From: Ruminococcaceae bacterium UBA1036
GTDB lineage: Bacteria > Bacillota > Clostridia > Oscillospirales > Acutalibacteraceae
DNA length: 64,000 bases
Direction: 5' to 3'
NCBI GenBank assembly: GCA_002316805.1
Contig: DCEF01000010.1
Span: forward strand, 137,687-201,686
Shown: positions 1 to 10,780 of the stretch, piece by piece
Layout: each line of letters begins with the position of its first letter
How positions within the stretch are numbered: position 1 is the first letter of the stretch
Program-made: the position numbers and the translations under genes
The notes under the pieces: model-generated
Told to the model about the DNA's origin: nothing
The model's database searches: none
The model's input: only the letters and a program-made list of their open reading frames with translations

Positions 1-172
1 GCCCGAGAATTGAATCGCCGAGAAACTCCAGCCGCTCATAGCTGCCACACGGCAGATGGCATTCATTCGCATAGGAAGAGTGCGTCAGCGCCGTTTTTAA
101 ATACCGCTTGTTCTTGAACTGGTACTGAAGTTTATCTTCAAGTCCGTTAAGCGGCAACTGTTCAGAAGTCAA
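1..172 (-). CDS. rnc: Ribonuclease III, 5' part (runs off window start)
   Basis: Manual translation from a TTG overlapping the plsX stop: LTSEQLPLNGLEDKLQYQFKNKRYLKTALTHSSYANE...YERLEFLGDSILG, containing the RNase III signature ERLEFLGD. Confidence 0.93.
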   Translation of the reverse strand, partial: MTSEQLPLNGLEDKLQYQFKNKRYLKTALTHSSYANECHLPCGSYERLEFLGDSILG

Positions 173-1194
173 AATGTCTCATCTGCCTTTGCTTCATTGA
201 TTTCACCGTATTTTGCTAAAGAAGATACGATTTCCTCTGTAACGTTACCCTCAACATACGCCTTCGTCAGGCGGATAGCGTTACAGACAGTTTTCGCCTT
301 TGCGCTGCCATGCATCTTGAAAACAGGCTTAAGGCATCCTATAAGAGGTGCACCGCCGTATTCATTGTAGTCAAAATTATGCTTAAGCTTTTTTATATCA
401 TTAAGAACAAGTGCAGCCGCAAACTTGTTTTTCGCATTTTTTGTAAATATGGATTTCATTTTGCCGAGAAGCATGATCGCAACGCCCTCATACATCTTGA
501 GTATCACATTTCCTGTAAACCCGTCGGTTACGACGACATCCCCAGCATCCAGCGGTATGCTGCGGGCTTCGATATTCCCGATGAAATTTATGCTTGACTG
601 CTTGAGAAGCTTGAACGCCTTATGCTGGAGCAGACCGCCCTTCTGGTCCTCAGTGCCAATATTGGCGAGTGAAACGCGCGGGTTATTAACTCCCATTACC
701 TTTTCCATGTATACCGAGCCCATGATTCCAAACTGCTGCAGCATTTCTGCTGTGCAATTTACATTTGCCCCGCAGTCAATAAGCATGAACGAGCCCTTAT
801 CGTTCGGCAGCACAGGCGCAAATACAACGCGCTTTATGCCTTTTATGCGCTTAACAATAAGCGAGGCACCTACAACAAGGGCTCCGCTGTTTCCGCCTGA
901 AACAAAAGCATCGCCTTCACCGGCGCTTAGCCTCCTGAGACCTTCAGCCATTGAGCTGTCGTTCTTTTCCTTCACAACCGACCCTGGGCTGTCTTCCATT
1001 GTTATGACACTTGGGGTATCGACAATTTCCATCCGCTCAAGCGAAATATTGTTTTCCGATGCTGCACGGCGAATTTTGTTTTCTGGGCCAGTCAGCATCA
1101 CATCGACATCCAGCCCCTGAGCAGCAGCCGCACAGCCTTTTATAATTTCAAGCGGTGCATTGTCCCCACCGAAAGCATCAACAATTATTTTCAT
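169..1194 (-). CDS. plsX: Phosphate acyltransferase PlsX
   Basis: MKIIVDAFGGDNAP, SGGNSGA, DCGAN, VVTDGFTGNV, EYGGAPLIG, KMHGS; start trimmed to ATG 1194 behind AAGGAG. Confidence 0.95.
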   Translation of the reverse strand: MKIIVDAFGGDNAPLEIIKGCAAAAQGLDVDVMLTGPENKIRRAASENNISLERMEIVDTPSVITMEDSPGSVVKEKNDSSMAEGLRRLSAGEGDAFVSGGNSGALVVGASLIVKRIKGIKRVVFAPVLPNDKGSFMLIDCGANVNCTAEMLQQFGIMGSVYMEKVMGVNNPRVSLANIGTEDQKGGLLQHKAFKLLKQSSINFIGNIEARSIPLDAGDVVVTDGFTGNVILKMYEGVAIMLLGKMKSIFTKNAKNKFAAALVLNDIKKLKHNFDYNEYGGAPLIGCLKPVFKMHGSAKAKTVCNAIRLTKAYVEGNVTEEIVSSLAKYGEINEAKADETF

Positions 1195-1225
1195 AAACAA
1201 TATCTCCTTTTTCTGCGGAACAAAA

Positions 1226-2539
1226 TTATAACTTTTCTGCCTCACAGAATCCTGTAAGGTTATTAAGTGCCCTTTCAGCTAATGAAGCATACCTGTCCTT
1301 TTTGCATTTTATATGCGGCTCTATCGGTGGCAGGATGCCGAAATTCGCCCCCATAGGCTGAAATGTAACCTCACTTGCATTTCCTACATATCGGCTGAGC
1401 GCGCCAATCATTGTTGTTTCAGGCAACACCGCTGTCTTTTCCCCTTTCATGCGCCTTACTGCATTTTTCCCAGCCACTATGCCGGAAGCAGCCGATTCCA
1501 TATATCCCTCAACACCTGTTATCTGGCCGGCAAAAAATATGCGCGGCTCTTTTCTAAGGCTGAAATCAGGCAGCAGCACGCGCGGTGAGTTGAGAAAAGT
1601 GTTGCGGTGCATCACTCCATAGCGAACGAATTCGGCATGCTCAAGACCCGGTATCATGCCAAAAACACGTTTCTGCTCTCCAAATTTGAGATTTGTCTGG
1701 AATCCTACAAGGTTGTACATCGTTCCGCGAACATCTTCACGCCTAAGCTGAAGCACCGCCCATGGGCGGTGGCCCGTGCGCGGGTCACGCAGACCCACAG
1801 GCTTCATCGGTCCAAAACGCAGTGTATCTTGCCCGCGCCCGGCCATCACTTCCACAGGCATGCAGCCTTCGTAAACTTTGGGGTCTGCCTTGTCAAAGCC
1901 GTGCAAAGGGGCACGCTCGGCATTTACAAGTTCATTGTAAAAAGACTCATACTCCTCTTTGTTCATCGGGCAGTTGAGGTAAGCGCCGTCTTCGCCATAG
2001 CTATAGCGCGACGCTGAAAATACGCGTTCCATATCAAGGCTTTCGGCTGTAACTATCGGCGCGGCTGCATCGTAAAAGCTGAGGCTGCCCCCGCACAGTG
2101 AAAAAATACGTGATGCCAGGGCATCGGAAGTCAAAGGGCCTGTGGCGATAACAACAATACCATTCTTCGGAATATCTGTAATTTCTTTGCGACTGACATG
2201 TATTAAAGGCTGCGAGTATATTTTGCACGTGACAAGTTCAGAAAAAGCTTTGCGGTCAACGGCAAGCGCGCCGCCTGCCGGCACACGGCACTGAAGAGCA
2301 CATGGAACAAGCAGCGAACCAAGGCGCCGCATTTCTTCCTTTAAAAGGCCTGCAGCGCTTTCCACGCGCTCAGCTTTCAGAGAATTTGAGCATACAAGCT
2401 CTGCAAAATTTTCACTGCTGTGCGCCGGCGAAAAGCGTGTCGGTTTCATTTCATACAGCTCCACTTCAACCCCGCATGAGGCAATCTGCCATGCGGCTTC
2501 ACAGCCGGCAAGGCCGGCACCAATTACCGTGATGCTCAT
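1226..2539 (-). CDS. trmFO: Folate/FAD-dependent tRNA (uracil-54) methyltransferase TrmFO (Gid)
   Basis: [55 protein letters not shown]. Confidence 0.96.
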   Translation of the reverse strand: MSITVIGAGLAGCEAAWQIASCGVEVELYEMKPTRFSPAHSSENFAELVCSNSLKAERVESAAGLLKEEMRRLGSLLVPCALQCRVPAGGALAVDRKAFSELVTCKIYSQPLIHVSRKEITDIPKNGIVVIATGPLTSDALASRIFSLCGGSLSFYDAAAPIVTAESLDMERVFSASRYSYGEDGAYLNCPMNKEEYESFYNELVNAERAPLHGFDKADPKVYEGCMPVEVMAGRGQDTLRFGPMKPVGLRDPRTGHRPWAVLQLRREDVRGTMYNLVGFQTNLKFGEQKRVFGMIPGLEHAEFVRYGVMHRNTFLNSPRVLLPDFSLRKEPRIFFAGQITGVEGYMESAASGIVAGKNAVRRMKGEKTAVLPETTMIGALSRYVGNASEVTFQPMGANFGILPPIEPHIKCKKDRYASLAERALNNLTGFCEAEKL

Positions 2540-4623
2540 TCGTCTCCGTCATCCGTCCTTTCATAGCCGCAATCCGGCGTTATGCAGTAATATTTCGGAT
2601 GCTTGCCTTTTTTCTTCATCAGCGTTTTTCCGCATTTGGGGCATTTCTCTTTTGTCGGCTCGTCCCATGACATAAAGTTGCATTTTGGGTAATTGGAACA
2701 ACCATAAAAAATTCTGCCTTTTTTAGTGTGGCGTATAACAACCTTGCCGCCGCATTTCGGGCATTCGGCGCCGTTTGTCTCAACATATTTCTTTACGTTC
2801 TTGCACTCAGGGTAACCCGGGCAGGCGAGGAACTTTCCATAGCGGCCAGTTTTTATGACCATGTGGCGTCCGCACTTTTCGCAGATAACGTCAGTCACGT
2901 CTTCTTTAAGCTGGATCTTTACGCCCTTCATGGCTTCCTTTGCTTCTTTCAGCGTTTTGCTGAAATCTTCGTAAAAATCACTAAGCTCTTTTACCCAGTC
3001 TGTTTGCCCTTTCTGCACCCCGTCAAGGTCACTTTCCACCTGTGCGGTAAACTTGACGTTTACAATTTTAGGGAACCGCTCTTTAAGCAGTTTGGTAACT
3101 GTCTCGCCGAGCTCAGTAGGCTTAAGCGCCTTTCCGTCACGCACAACATATTCCCTTGCAAGTATGGTAGAAATAGTCACGGCGTAAGTTGAAGGGCGCC
3201 CTATGCCGTTTTCCTCAAGCGCTTTGATAAGCGATGCTTCTGTGTAGAACGGAGGCGGCTGAGTAAAATGCTGGCTGCCTGCTATATCTTTAAGGTTCAG
3301 CATCATACCCTTTTTAAGCTCCGGTAGTGAAGATTTTGCCTTTTCCTCATCATCCTTCGCTTCTTCATAAAGGACAGTAAAGCCATCGAAAGCCACAATA
3401 TAACCTGATGCTTTAAAAGTGTAGTTATTTGCCTGAATTGTCACCTGAAGTGTGTCTTGGAGGCAGTTCGCCATCTGGCTTGCAATAAAGCGCTCCCAGA
3501 CAAGTTTATACAGCTTATACTGGTCTGATGTAAGGCTTGACTTAACCTTATCCGGCGAAAGGCTTGGCACAGTAGGCCTTATGGCTTCATGGCCGTCCTG
3601 TGCATTTGCGCGTGACTTGTAATGGCGCGGGGCTTCCGGAAGATAATCTTTGCCCCAGCGCTCATTTATATAGTCAGCGGCGCTTTTAATAGCCTCTTCC
3701 GAAATGCGCAGCGAGTCTGTACGCATATATGTTATAAGGCCTATGGCTCCCATACCATCCACTTCGATACCTTCATAAAGCTCCTGTGCAGCTTTCATTG
3801 TGCGGCGTGCTGTGAAGCCGAGGCGGCGAGACGCCTCCTGCTGCATGGTTGAAGTCGAAAACGGCGGAACCGGCGACTTCTTACGTTTGCCCTTCCTGAC
3901 GTTTGTGACACTGAATTCGGCACTTTTAAGATCTTCGAGAATATGGTCAGATTGCTCTTTGTTTTCAATCTTTATTTTTCCGTTTTCATCGCCGTATAAA
4001 GACGCCACAAAAGTATGGCGCGAGCCTTTCGGTGAAAGTTTAGCCTCAATGCTCCAGTACTCTTCCGGAGTAAAAGCGTGGATTTTTTCCTCGCGGTCTA
4101 CAATAAGGCGGACGGCAACAGACTGCACACGCCCTGCCGAAAGGCCATGGCGTATCTTCTGCGATAGAAACGGGCTGAGCTTATAGCCTACAAGGCGGTC
4201 TAAAATGCGGCGCGCCTGCTGTGCATTCACAAGGTTTAAGTCAATGTTGCGCGGATTTGCCATTCCTGCATAAATGCCTGTTTTTGTTATTTCATTAAAC
4301 GTCACCCTGTTTTTGTCTTCCGTGCTAAGGCCCAAAAGGTACGCTAAATGCCATGAGATTGCTTCGCCTTCACGGTCAGGGTCCGTTGCTAAAAGGACAC
4401 CGTCGCTTTTTTCCGCCTTGCTCTGCAGCTGCTGAACGAGTTTTTCCTTTCCCTTTATTACTTCATATTTTGGCTTAAAATTATTTTTAACATCTACACT
4501 GAGCCTGTTTTCAGGAAGATCGCGCACATGGCCCATGGATGCGACAACATTATAGCCGGAACCCAGAAATTTTTGAATTGTTTTTGCCTTGGCAGGTGAT
4601 TCAACAATAACCAGCTTCGACAT
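2536..4623 (-). CDS. topA: DNA topoisomerase I
   Basis: [39 protein letters not shown]-terminal zinc ribbons. Confidence 0.97.
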   Translation of the reverse strand: MSKLVIVESPAKAKTIQKFLGSGYNVVASMGHVRDLPENRLSVDVKNNFKPKYEVIKGKEKLVQQLQSKAEKSDGVLLATDPDREGEAISWHLAYLLGLSTEDKNRVTFNEITKTGIYAGMANPRNIDLNLVNAQQARRILDRLVGYKLSPFLSQKIRHGLSAGRVQSVAVRLIVDREEKIHAFTPEEYWSIEAKLSPKGSRHTFVASLYGDENGKIKIENKEQSDHILEDLKSAEFSVTNVRKGKRKKSPVPPFSTSTMQQEASRRLGFTARRTMKAAQELYEGIEVDGMGAIGLITYMRTDSLRISEEAIKSAADYINERWGKDYLPEAPRHYKSRANAQDGHEAIRPTVPSLSPDKVKSSLTSDQYKLYKLVWERFIASQMANCLQDTLQVTIQANNYTFKASGYIVAFDGFTVLYEEAKDDEEKAKSSLPELKKGMMLNLKDIAGSQHFTQPPPFYTEASLIKALEENGIGRPSTYAVTISTILAREYVVRDGKALKPTELGETVTKLLKERFPKIVNVKFTAQVESDLDGVQKGQTDWVKELSDFYEDFSKTLKEAKEAMKGVKIQLKEDVTDVICEKCGRHMVIKTGRYGKFLACPGYPECKNVKKYVETNGAECPKCGGKVVIRHTKKGRIFYGCSNYPKCNFMSWDEPTKEKCPKCGKTLMKKKGKHPKYYCITPDCGYERTDDGDE

Positions 4624-4703
4624 GTAACCACCTCACAGTAATTTTTTGCGAAAACCGCCGAAACGGCACACAGATTCTTTGAAATTATTAAGCTGCAATC
4701 ATT

Positions 4704-5867
4704 TCAGCAAAGACCGTAGCGCCTGCCCGAGTATGAGCGGACAACACCGGCCAGCTCAAGCTCTGTAAGCGCTGCAAGCAGACGTTGAACCGGCAGACCG
4801 GTTTCAGCCTCGATATTGGAAATATGGGCAGGTTCCTTTGACAGTACGGAATAAATACGCTCCGCATCGTCAGAAAGATTTTCCGGTTTATGCGTATGGT
4901 TTTCTTCATGTGGTTTTTTCGGAATATCAATATCTTTATCTTTTATAATAGCATTCGTTTCAACGCCGTCAAGCAGAATTTTACCCAAAAAACGTTCGGA
5001 ATACTCCTCCAAAATCTCGCCGGCGCTGCTTACAGGCTTTGCGCCGCACTTTATCAGGCTGTTTACACCTTTAGAAACAGGGCTATAAATATCTGCTGGA
5101 ACGGCAAAAACATCCCTGCCCTGGTCGAGTGCACAGTCTGCCGTAATAAGTGAGCCGCTGTGTGAAGCCGCTTCTACAACAAGCGTACCAACGGCAAGCC
5201 CTGAAATAATTCTGTTTCGGATCGGAAAATTTGAGCCCAGCGGCTGCGTATCCGGCGGATATTCAGAAACGAGCGCGCCGTTTTGGGCAATCACATCGCG
5301 CAGGGAAGCATTTACCATAAGGTAATTGGCATCAATGCCGCAGCCAAGCACACACACGGTTTTGCCACCTGCCTGCAATGCGCCTTTATGTGCGGCAGTG
5401 TCTATTCCCAGCGCACCGCCGCTTACCACTACAGCTCCCTTTTTTGCAAGCTCATAAGCAATACTCCGCGCCGCGGTGCGGCCTGTGGCAGTTGCCTTCC
5501 GTGTGCCAACTATGGCGATTGACGGGCGGCACGAGATATCTGGTATGTGGCCTTTTACATAAAGGGCACACGGCGGATTTGAAATCTGCTTTAAAAGCTC
5601 CGGATATTCGCTGTCGTCAGGCGTTATTACCCTCTGCCCCATCTTTTCACTGTATTCTAACAATGCCGCTGCCTGTTTGGCTGTCCATGCTTCCATATTG
5701 CGCAGTTCTTTCTGCGTGAAGTACCCTTCCAAAAGCCATGATTGACGACCCGCACGGTAAAAATCATATACTGTCGGGTATGACGAGAGTATGCGGCCTG
5801 CCTTAGAGCTTCCGGCACCAAGCGCATGCTGCAGCCAAAGCCAGTAAACACGCAGATCGTATTCCAT
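4704..5867 (-). CDS. dprA: DNA-protecting protein DprA
   Basis: IAIVGTR, VVSGGALGIDTAAH, FPIRNRIISG, SGSLITA, C-terminal winged helix; dprA-topA-trmFO order. Confidence 0.95.
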   Translation of the reverse strand: MEYDLRVYWLWLQHALGAGSSKAGRILSSYPTVYDFYRAGRQSWLLEGYFTQKELRNMEAWTAKQAAALLEYSEKMGQRVITPDDSEYPELLKQISNPPCALYVKGHIPDISCRPSIAIVGTRKATATGRTAARSIAYELAKKGAVVVSGGALGIDTAAHKGALQAGGKTVCVLGCGIDANYLMVNASLRDVIAQNGALVSEYPPDTQPLGSNFPIRNRIISGLAVGTLVVEAASHSGSLITADCALDQGRDVFAVPADIYSPVSKGVNSLIKCGAKPVSSAGEILEEYSERFLGKILLDGVETNAIIKDKDIDIPKKPHEENHTHKPENLSDDAERIYSVLSKEPAHISNIEAETGLPVQRLLAALTELELAGVVRSYSGRRYGLC

Positions 5868-6682
5868 TACCTGTCACTGTCTCCTAAACAATCACGCATC
5901 ATTTCCCACATTAAAATAGCGGCCGAAGCAGCCGCATTTAACGACTCCGCCCTGCCTTTCATTGGAATTGTTATGCTGGCAGTGCAGGCGTGTTTTACTT
6001 CTTCCGTAAGGCCGTTCCCCTCATTGCCTATTACGGCTGCTGAAGGTTTATTAAAACAGACCGAAGTCACAGGATGGGCCGAATTATCCGGAACAGCAGC
6101 AAAAGTTGCATATCCGATGGCATTTAGTTCTGCTATAATTTCTGAAGCACCGCTGCTGTGCAAAAGCGGCAGGCGGAACAAAGCGCCCATGCTTGTTCGC
6201 AGCACTTTTGGTGACATCGGATCACAGCATTTGCCCGCCAAGATTACGCCACCAATACCGAGCGCTTCCGCAGTGCGCAGCACAGCGCCCAGATTTGCTG
6301 GATCCTGTATATTTTCAAGCACAACCAAATGGCGGCCCTTTGTCTTTTCAAAAAAGCCGCTGCCCATCTCAGGTGATATACACACGCAGAAAATCCCCTG
6401 CGGATGTTTTGTATCTGAAATATACTGTGCGACTGCCGGAGAAATAATATATTCATTTTCCGAAGCGGTGCGGATTTTTTCAAGATAAGGCCCGTATTTC
6501 TGGCTTGCAGAATCAGTATACATCAAGGCTGCAACAGTTATACCGCTCAACGCGGCATCTGTGCATAAACGCGCCCCTTCCGCTGAAAAGCGGTGTTTTT
6601 CACACCGGTACGCCGGCGAACCGGCAAGGCGGAGATATTCTTTTACTATTTCGTTCTTGCGGCTTGTAATTTCTACAGGCAT
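5867..6682 (-). CDS. TrmH/SpoU family RNA methyltransferase
   Basis: LENIQDPANLGAVLRTA, IGNEGNGL, ESLNAAASAAI (SPOUT motifs). Confidence 0.92.
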   Translation of the reverse strand: MPVEITSRKNEIVKEYLRLAGSPAYRCEKHRFSAEGARLCTDAALSGITVAALMYTDSASQKYGPYLEKIRTASENEYIISPAVAQYISDTKHPQGIFCVCISPEMGSGFFEKTKGRHLVVLENIQDPANLGAVLRTAEALGIGGVILAGKCCDPMSPKVLRTSMGALFRLPLLHSSGASEIIAELNAIGYATFAAVPDNSAHPVTSVCFNKPSAAVIGNEGNGLTEEVKHACTASITIPMKGRAESLNAAASAAILMWEMMRDCLGDSDR

Positions 6683-6711
6683 GATTTTTAAATGCTCCAG
6701 TACTCCAGCTA

Positions 6712-6753
6712 AATAATAAAAATATGCGCCCGGTGCATACCCGGACGCACATT
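6712..6753 (-). terminator. Intrinsic terminator after rplT
   Basis: Minus strand ATGTGCGTCCGG-GTATGCA-CCGGGCGCATAT then TTTTATT. Confidence 0.7.
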
Positions 6754-6760
6754 TCGCTTT

Positions 6761-7114
6761 TTAAAGCGCTGCCTTTGCTTTCTCAACAAGTGCCTTAAAT
6801 GCGTTTTCATCCGCAATGGCAATCTCTGAAAGCATCTTTCTGTTGAGTGTCACTCCGGCTTTTTTCAGGCCGTTCATAAATGTGGAATAACTTACGCCGT
6901 TTGCATGGCATGCAGCAGAAATGCGGGTAATCCACAGGCGGCGAAAATCACGTTTCCTTGCTTTACGGCCTGAAAACGCGTAATTGCCAGATTTCATAAC
7001 GGCCTGTTTGGCCATCTTGAAATGTCTGCTCTTAGAGCCAAAATATCCTTTGGCAAGCTTTAAAGTCTTTTTTCTCCTCTTGCGCGTCATCAATGCGCCT
7101 TTAACACGTGCCAT
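6761..7114 (-). CDS. rplT: 50S ribosomal protein L20
   Basis: MARVKG...AKGYFG...RRLWITRI...[10 protein letters not shown]. Confidence 0.98.
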   Translation of the reverse strand: MARVKGALMTRKRRKKTLKLAKGYFGSKSRHFKMAKQAVMKSGNYAFSGRKARKRDFRRLWITRISAACHANGVSYSTFMNGLKKAGVTLNRKMLSEIAIADENAFKALVEKAKAAL

Positions 7115-7160
7115 TTAATTTACCTCCAAAATGACTGGCTTAAGCAAAAAGTCAGTCTGC

Positions 7161-7358
7161 TTATTTGTAAGGAATCAGCCTCTTAATCTGTGCCACATTC
7201 GTTTTATCGGCGACTGTGGTCTTGCGCAGATTTCTTGTGCGTTTAGTTGTTTTTCTGTTAAGCCTGTGAGTCTTGTTGGCATGTGCACGGATAACTTTGC
7301 CTGACTTTGACAGCTTAAAACGCTTTTTCGCACCAGTATGTGTTTTGATCTTAGGCAT
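7161..7358 (-). CDS. rpmI: 50S ribosomal protein L35
   Basis: MPKIKTHTGAKKRFK; lies between infC and rplT. Confidence 0.98.
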   Translation of the reverse strand: MPKIKTHTGAKKRFKLSKSGKVIRAHANKTHRLNRKTTKRTRNLRKTTVADKTNVAQIKRLIPYK

Positions 7359-7380
7359 AGCTGCCCCTCCTTATTGAATC

Positions 7381-7902
7381 TTACTTAACCGGTTTGGGTG
7401 CAAGGAACATCAGCATGTTGCGGCCTTCCATTTTAGAAGGTTTCTCAACATTTGCGCAGTCTGCCAATATCTCAGCAAAACGCTTCATTATCGCATGGCC
7501 CTGCTCAGGGTGGCCCATCTCACGCCCGCGAAAACGTATGGAGACTTTCACTTTGTTTCCTTCTTTTAAAAAGCGCTGTGCGTGGCCGGCTTTTGTATTG
7601 AAGTCATGTGTATCAATGTTCAAAGACAAACGAATCTCTTTAATTTCAACGATGTGCTGATTTTTTCTTGCTTCTTTTTCACGCTTTGCCTGCTCGAAAC
7701 GGTATTTGCCGTAATCGATTATTTTACAGACAGGCGGTTTTGCCTGCGGAGCAATTTTAACGAGGTCAAGGTTCATCTCCGTAGCCCTCTGCAACGCCTG
7801 AGCAGATGACATAATGCCGAGTTGGTTTCCTGTAGGCCCAATGACACGGACCTGCCTGTCATGGATCTGCCTGTTCACCTGAAGTTCCCTGATGCTAATA
7901 AT
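7381..7902 (-). CDS. infC: Translation initiation factor IF-3 (ATT start)
   Basis: PPVCKIIDYGKYRFE, KVKVSIRFRGRE; GGAGGT SD followed by in-frame ATT ATT at 7902/7899. Confidence 0.95.
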   Translation of the reverse strand: MISIRELQVNRQIHDRQVRVIGPTGNQLGIMSSAQALQRATEMNLDLVKIAPQAKPPVCKIIDYGKYRFEQAKREKEARKNQHIVEIKEIRLSLNIDTHDFNTKAGHAQRFLKEGNKVKVSIRFRGREMGHPEQGHAIMKRFAEILADCANVEKPSKMEGRNMLMFLAPKPVK

Positions 7903-7935
7903 GAAGCACCTCCAAAGCATATTGCAAAAAATTTG

Positions 7936-8075
7936 AGAAAAAGAAAGCGCACAGGCAAAATTCGTCTGCGCGCCAATACAACAAAAATCAACCATAAGGC
8001 AACTAAAATGTATTGACCCGTGCCGGACGAAACCCCACAGGTGAGAACAGCGGCCGTGCGCCGTATTCCTCTTTG
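7936..8075 (-). promoter_or_regulatory. Ribosomal protein L20 leader (attenuator)
   Basis: 5' UTR of infC-rpmI-rplT containing CCGCTGTTCTCACCTG (resembles the L20-leader core) and a terminator hairpin at 7947-7973 with a U-rich tail; boundaries approximate. Confidence 0.75.
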
Positions 8076-8089
8076 TTTTACAATATATT

Positions 8090-8118
8090 ATTATAGTTAT
8101 CCACTGGGGATTTGTCAA
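8090..8118 (-). promoter_or_regulatory. Sigma-A promoter of infC operon
   Basis: TTGACA-17 bp-TATAAT, perfect consensus. Confidence 0.88.
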
Positions 8119-8156
8119 GAATTTATTTTGAAGTATTATGTTTTTTTCAGCTTTTA

Positions 8157-8185
8157 TTGCCCCTCGTGCCGCTAACCATTATAAT
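8157..8185 (+). promoter_or_regulatory. Sigma-A promoter of bceRS-like genes
   Basis: TTGCCC-17 bp-TATAAT. Confidence 0.6.
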
Positions 8186-8237
8186 TAAAAGCAGCAAGAA
8201 AAACAAATAATGCTTTTAATTTGGAAGGATGAGAACT

Positions 8238-8903
8238 ATGGATTCTGTCTTTATCGTGGAAGATGACCGCAAAATCCGGACAGAACTTACAAAACTCCTA
8301 CAAAAATACGGTTATCGCTGCTATACATCTGATGATTTTTCCCATATGCCGGATGTCATTTTAAAACAGAACCCGCAGCTTGTCCTGCTTGACCTCAACC
8401 TGCCGGTCTACGATGGCTTTTATATATGCCGCGAACTGCGGCGGCACTCTAAAATTCCTATCATAGTTGTCACAAGCCGCAGCACGGATATGGACGAGCT
8501 GATGAGCATGAACTTCGGGGCCGATGATTTTATAACAAAGCCGTATAACACACAGATATTGCTCGCACGCATTGCCGCAGTGATGGCCCGCACCTACCCG
8601 GAAAAAGCGCCGGATAAAATTTCTTACCGCGGGCTGACTGTCAATTTCTCACAGAGCGTAGCCGAGGCTGAAGGAGGAAAAGCCGAGCTTACAAAAAACG
8701 AGCTCCGCATTTTGAGCATACTCCTGCGCAACCGCAGGCGAATTACTACGCGTAATGATATGATGAATGCGCTTTGGCAGTCTGATGAATTTGTAGACGA
8801 CAACACGCTCACCGTCAACATAAACCGCTTGCGGAAAAAGCTCGAAAGCATAGGTGTTCACAATTATCTTATAACAAAACGTGGGCAGGGGTATATGATA
8901 TGA
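8238..8903 (+). CDS. OmpR-family response regulator, BceR/GraR-like
   Basis: IVEDD, LLDLNLP, GADDFITKP, DDNTLTVNINRLRKKL, TKRGQGY; alternative start 8229. Confidence 0.92.
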   Translation: MDSVFIVEDDRKIRTELTKLLQKYGYRCYTSDDFSHMPDVILKQNPQLVLLDLNLPVYDGFYICRELRRHSKIPIIVVTSRSTDMDELMSMNFGADDFITKPYNTQILLARIAAVMARTYPEKAPDKISYRGLTVNFSQSVAEAEGGKAELTKNELRILSILLRNRRRITTRNDMMNALWQSDEFVDDNTLTVNINRLRKKLESIGVHNYLITKRGQGYMI

Positions 8904-9904
8904 GCGTTAAAAATTATCTGCGCGACAAGTTACTTTTCATTGTCCTTACTGCTGCTGTTGCCGCATTCGCTTTTCTGCTGCTTGATTCCATACCCGGCGT
9001 AGGATATGCCGGAGTTTATATATCATCAGCATTTATAATAGCTCAGGCCATCTCCCTCATATGCGAATATATCCGCAAAAACAGCTTTTACCGTACGGCG
9101 CTGAAAAGCCTTCAAAATCTTGACAGAAAATACCTAATCTCTGAGATGCTCGTCAGTCCTTCGTTTGAAGAAGGGCGCATACTCTGTGAAATCACGCGTG
9201 GTGCATGCAAGTCAATGAATGACGAAATTGCCGAATACAGGCGTACCTCGAATGATTACCGCGAATATATAGAGTCATGGGTACATGAAATTAAAACTCC
9301 AATCTCTTCAAGCAGGCTGACACTGGAAAATAATCCAAGCAAAGTCAACAGCAGCCTCAGCGACGATATGGATAAAATTGAGAATTATGTTGAGCAGGCC
9401 CTTTTCTACAGCCGCAGCAGTAATGTTGAAAAAGACTATGTAATACGTAAGACAACCCTGAAAAAAATTGCCGCTTCCGCGCTTAAAAAATATGCCGGTA
9501 CGCTTATCGTGGCAAATGCCTCAATAAGTGCAGACGGACTTGATGAGGCCGTCTGCACCGACACAAAGTGGACAGATTTCATCATAGGCCAGATTCTGAT
9601 TAACTCTGTAAAATACAGAAATGGACACCTTAAAATACGCTTCACAGGCAAAGAGAAAAAAAATAAAGTGCTTTTGACCGTCACAGACAATGGCATTGGC
9701 ATTCCGGGAAAAGACCTCAGGCATATTTTTGAAAAAGGCTTCACCGGCACAAATGGACGGATTGGCAGGCGATCAACAGGTTTCGGGCTTTACTTGTGCC
9801 GCAGGCTCTGCAAAAAAATGGGACTCGGCATTTTCGCCGATTCCCAGGAAGGCAAAGGCACATCCGTTACCCTTTCGTTCCCCAAAAGCAGCATGTACCT
9901 GTAA
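8900..9904 (+). CDS. Intramembrane-sensing histidine kinase, BceS/GraS-like
   Basis: Two N-terminal TM helices with a short loop, WVHEIKTP H-box, QILINSVKY, DNGIGI, FEKGFTG, STGFGLYL. Confidence 0.92.
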   Translation: MSVKNYLRDKLLFIVLTAAVAAFAFLLLDSIPGVGYAGVYISSAFIIAQAISLICEYIRKNSFYRTALKSLQNLDRKYLISEMLVSPSFEEGRILCEITRGACKSMNDEIAEYRRTSNDYREYIESWVHEIKTPISSSRLTLENNPSKVNSSLSDDMDKIENYVEQALFYSRSSNVEKDYVIRKTTLKKIAASALKKYAGTLIVANASISADGLDEAVCTDTKWTDFIIGQILINSVKYRNGHLKIRFTGKEKKNKVLLTVTDNGIGIPGKDLRHIFEKGFTGTNGRIGRRSTGFGLYLCRRLCKKMGLGIFADSQEGKGTSVTLSFPKSSMYL

Positions 9905-9915
9905 AGCGCCCAATT

Positions 9916-9942
9916 CTTACGAAACTGTAAGGATACCGTAAG
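9916..9942 (+). promoter_or_regulatory. Probable BceR-type operator upstream of the ABC transporter
   Basis: CTTAC-gaaact-GTAAG inverted repeat plus extra half-site CGTAAG; -10 TATACT at 9975-9980 with no consensus -35. Confidence 0.65.
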
Positions 9943-10012
9943 CGTAATCGATGGCGGCCCTTCCGAATGGGTATTATACTGAAGGCAAAGCATTGAAAGG
10001 GGAACCAAGCAT

Positions 10013-10780
10013 ATGCAGAAAATACTGTCTGTGGAACATCTTGAAAAATATTACGGCAACAAAGGCAACGTCACAAAAGCAGTAGACGACGTAAGCTTCA
10101 GCCTTGATAAAGGCGAATTCGTCGCGATCATGGGGGCTTCCGGCAGCGGGAAAACCACGCTGCTAAACTGCATCTCCACCATTGACACGGCAACGGCAGG
10201 CCATATCTTTATCAATGGGCAGGACATAACATCGCTTAACTCAAAAAAGTTGGCCAGCTTCCGCAGGGATGAGCTCGGGTTCATTTTTCAGGATTTCAGT
10301 CTTCTCGACACGCTGACAGCCTTTGAGAACATAGCCCTTGCGCTTTCCATCAACAACACGCCTGCCGGCGAAATTGACGATAAAGTAAATGGAGTAGCAC
10401 ATCAGCTGATGATTGACGATATTCTTGAAAAATATCCCTACCAGATGTCCGGCGGCCAGAAACAGCGTGTAGCGGCCGCACGCGCCATAGTTACAAACCC
10501 GTCGCTGATACTTGCAGACGAACCTACGGGCGCGCTTGACTCCAAATCGGCGCGCATGCTGCTTGAAAGCTTCGAATCTCTCAACAAAAACCTTTCAGCG
10601 ACTATACTTATGGTCACTCACGACTCATTTACGGCCAGCTACTGCCAGCGTGTGCTTTTCCTGAAAGACGGGAAAGTCTTCAATGAAATAGACCGCGGAA
10701 GCGACAGCCGCAAGCAATTGTTCGGCCGGATTATCGAAGTCCTTTCACTTCTTGGAGGTGACAACGCCAATGTTCTATAA
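10013..10780 (+). CDS. ABC transporter ATP-binding subunit, BceA-like
   Basis: GASGSGKTT, MSGGQKQR, ILADEPTGALDS, MVTHD. Confidence 0.94.
   Translation: MQKILSVEHLEKYYGNKGNVTKAVDDVSFSLDKGEFVAIMGASGSGKTTLLNCISTIDTATAGHIFINGQDITSLNSKKLASFRRDELGFIFQDFSLLDTLTAFENIALALSINNTPAGEIDDKVNGVAHQLMIDDILEKYPYQMSGGQKQRVAAARAIVTNPSLILADEPTGALDSKSARMLLESFESLNKNLSATILMVTHDSFTASYCQRVLFLKDGKVFNEIDRGSDSRKQLFGRIIEVLSLLGGDNANVL

Noticed and set aside
425-1120. Long antisense ORFs (also 5826-6488, 26947-27615, 35965-36741, 41578-42171, 44383-44832, 50816-51529, 61189-61761)
   Set aside because: They lie largely or wholly opposite well-supported genes and have no recognisable motifs; shadow frames
8097-8105. DnaA-box-like TTATCCACT in the infC promoter spacer
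   Set aside because: Single box with one mismatch and no cluster; expected by chance
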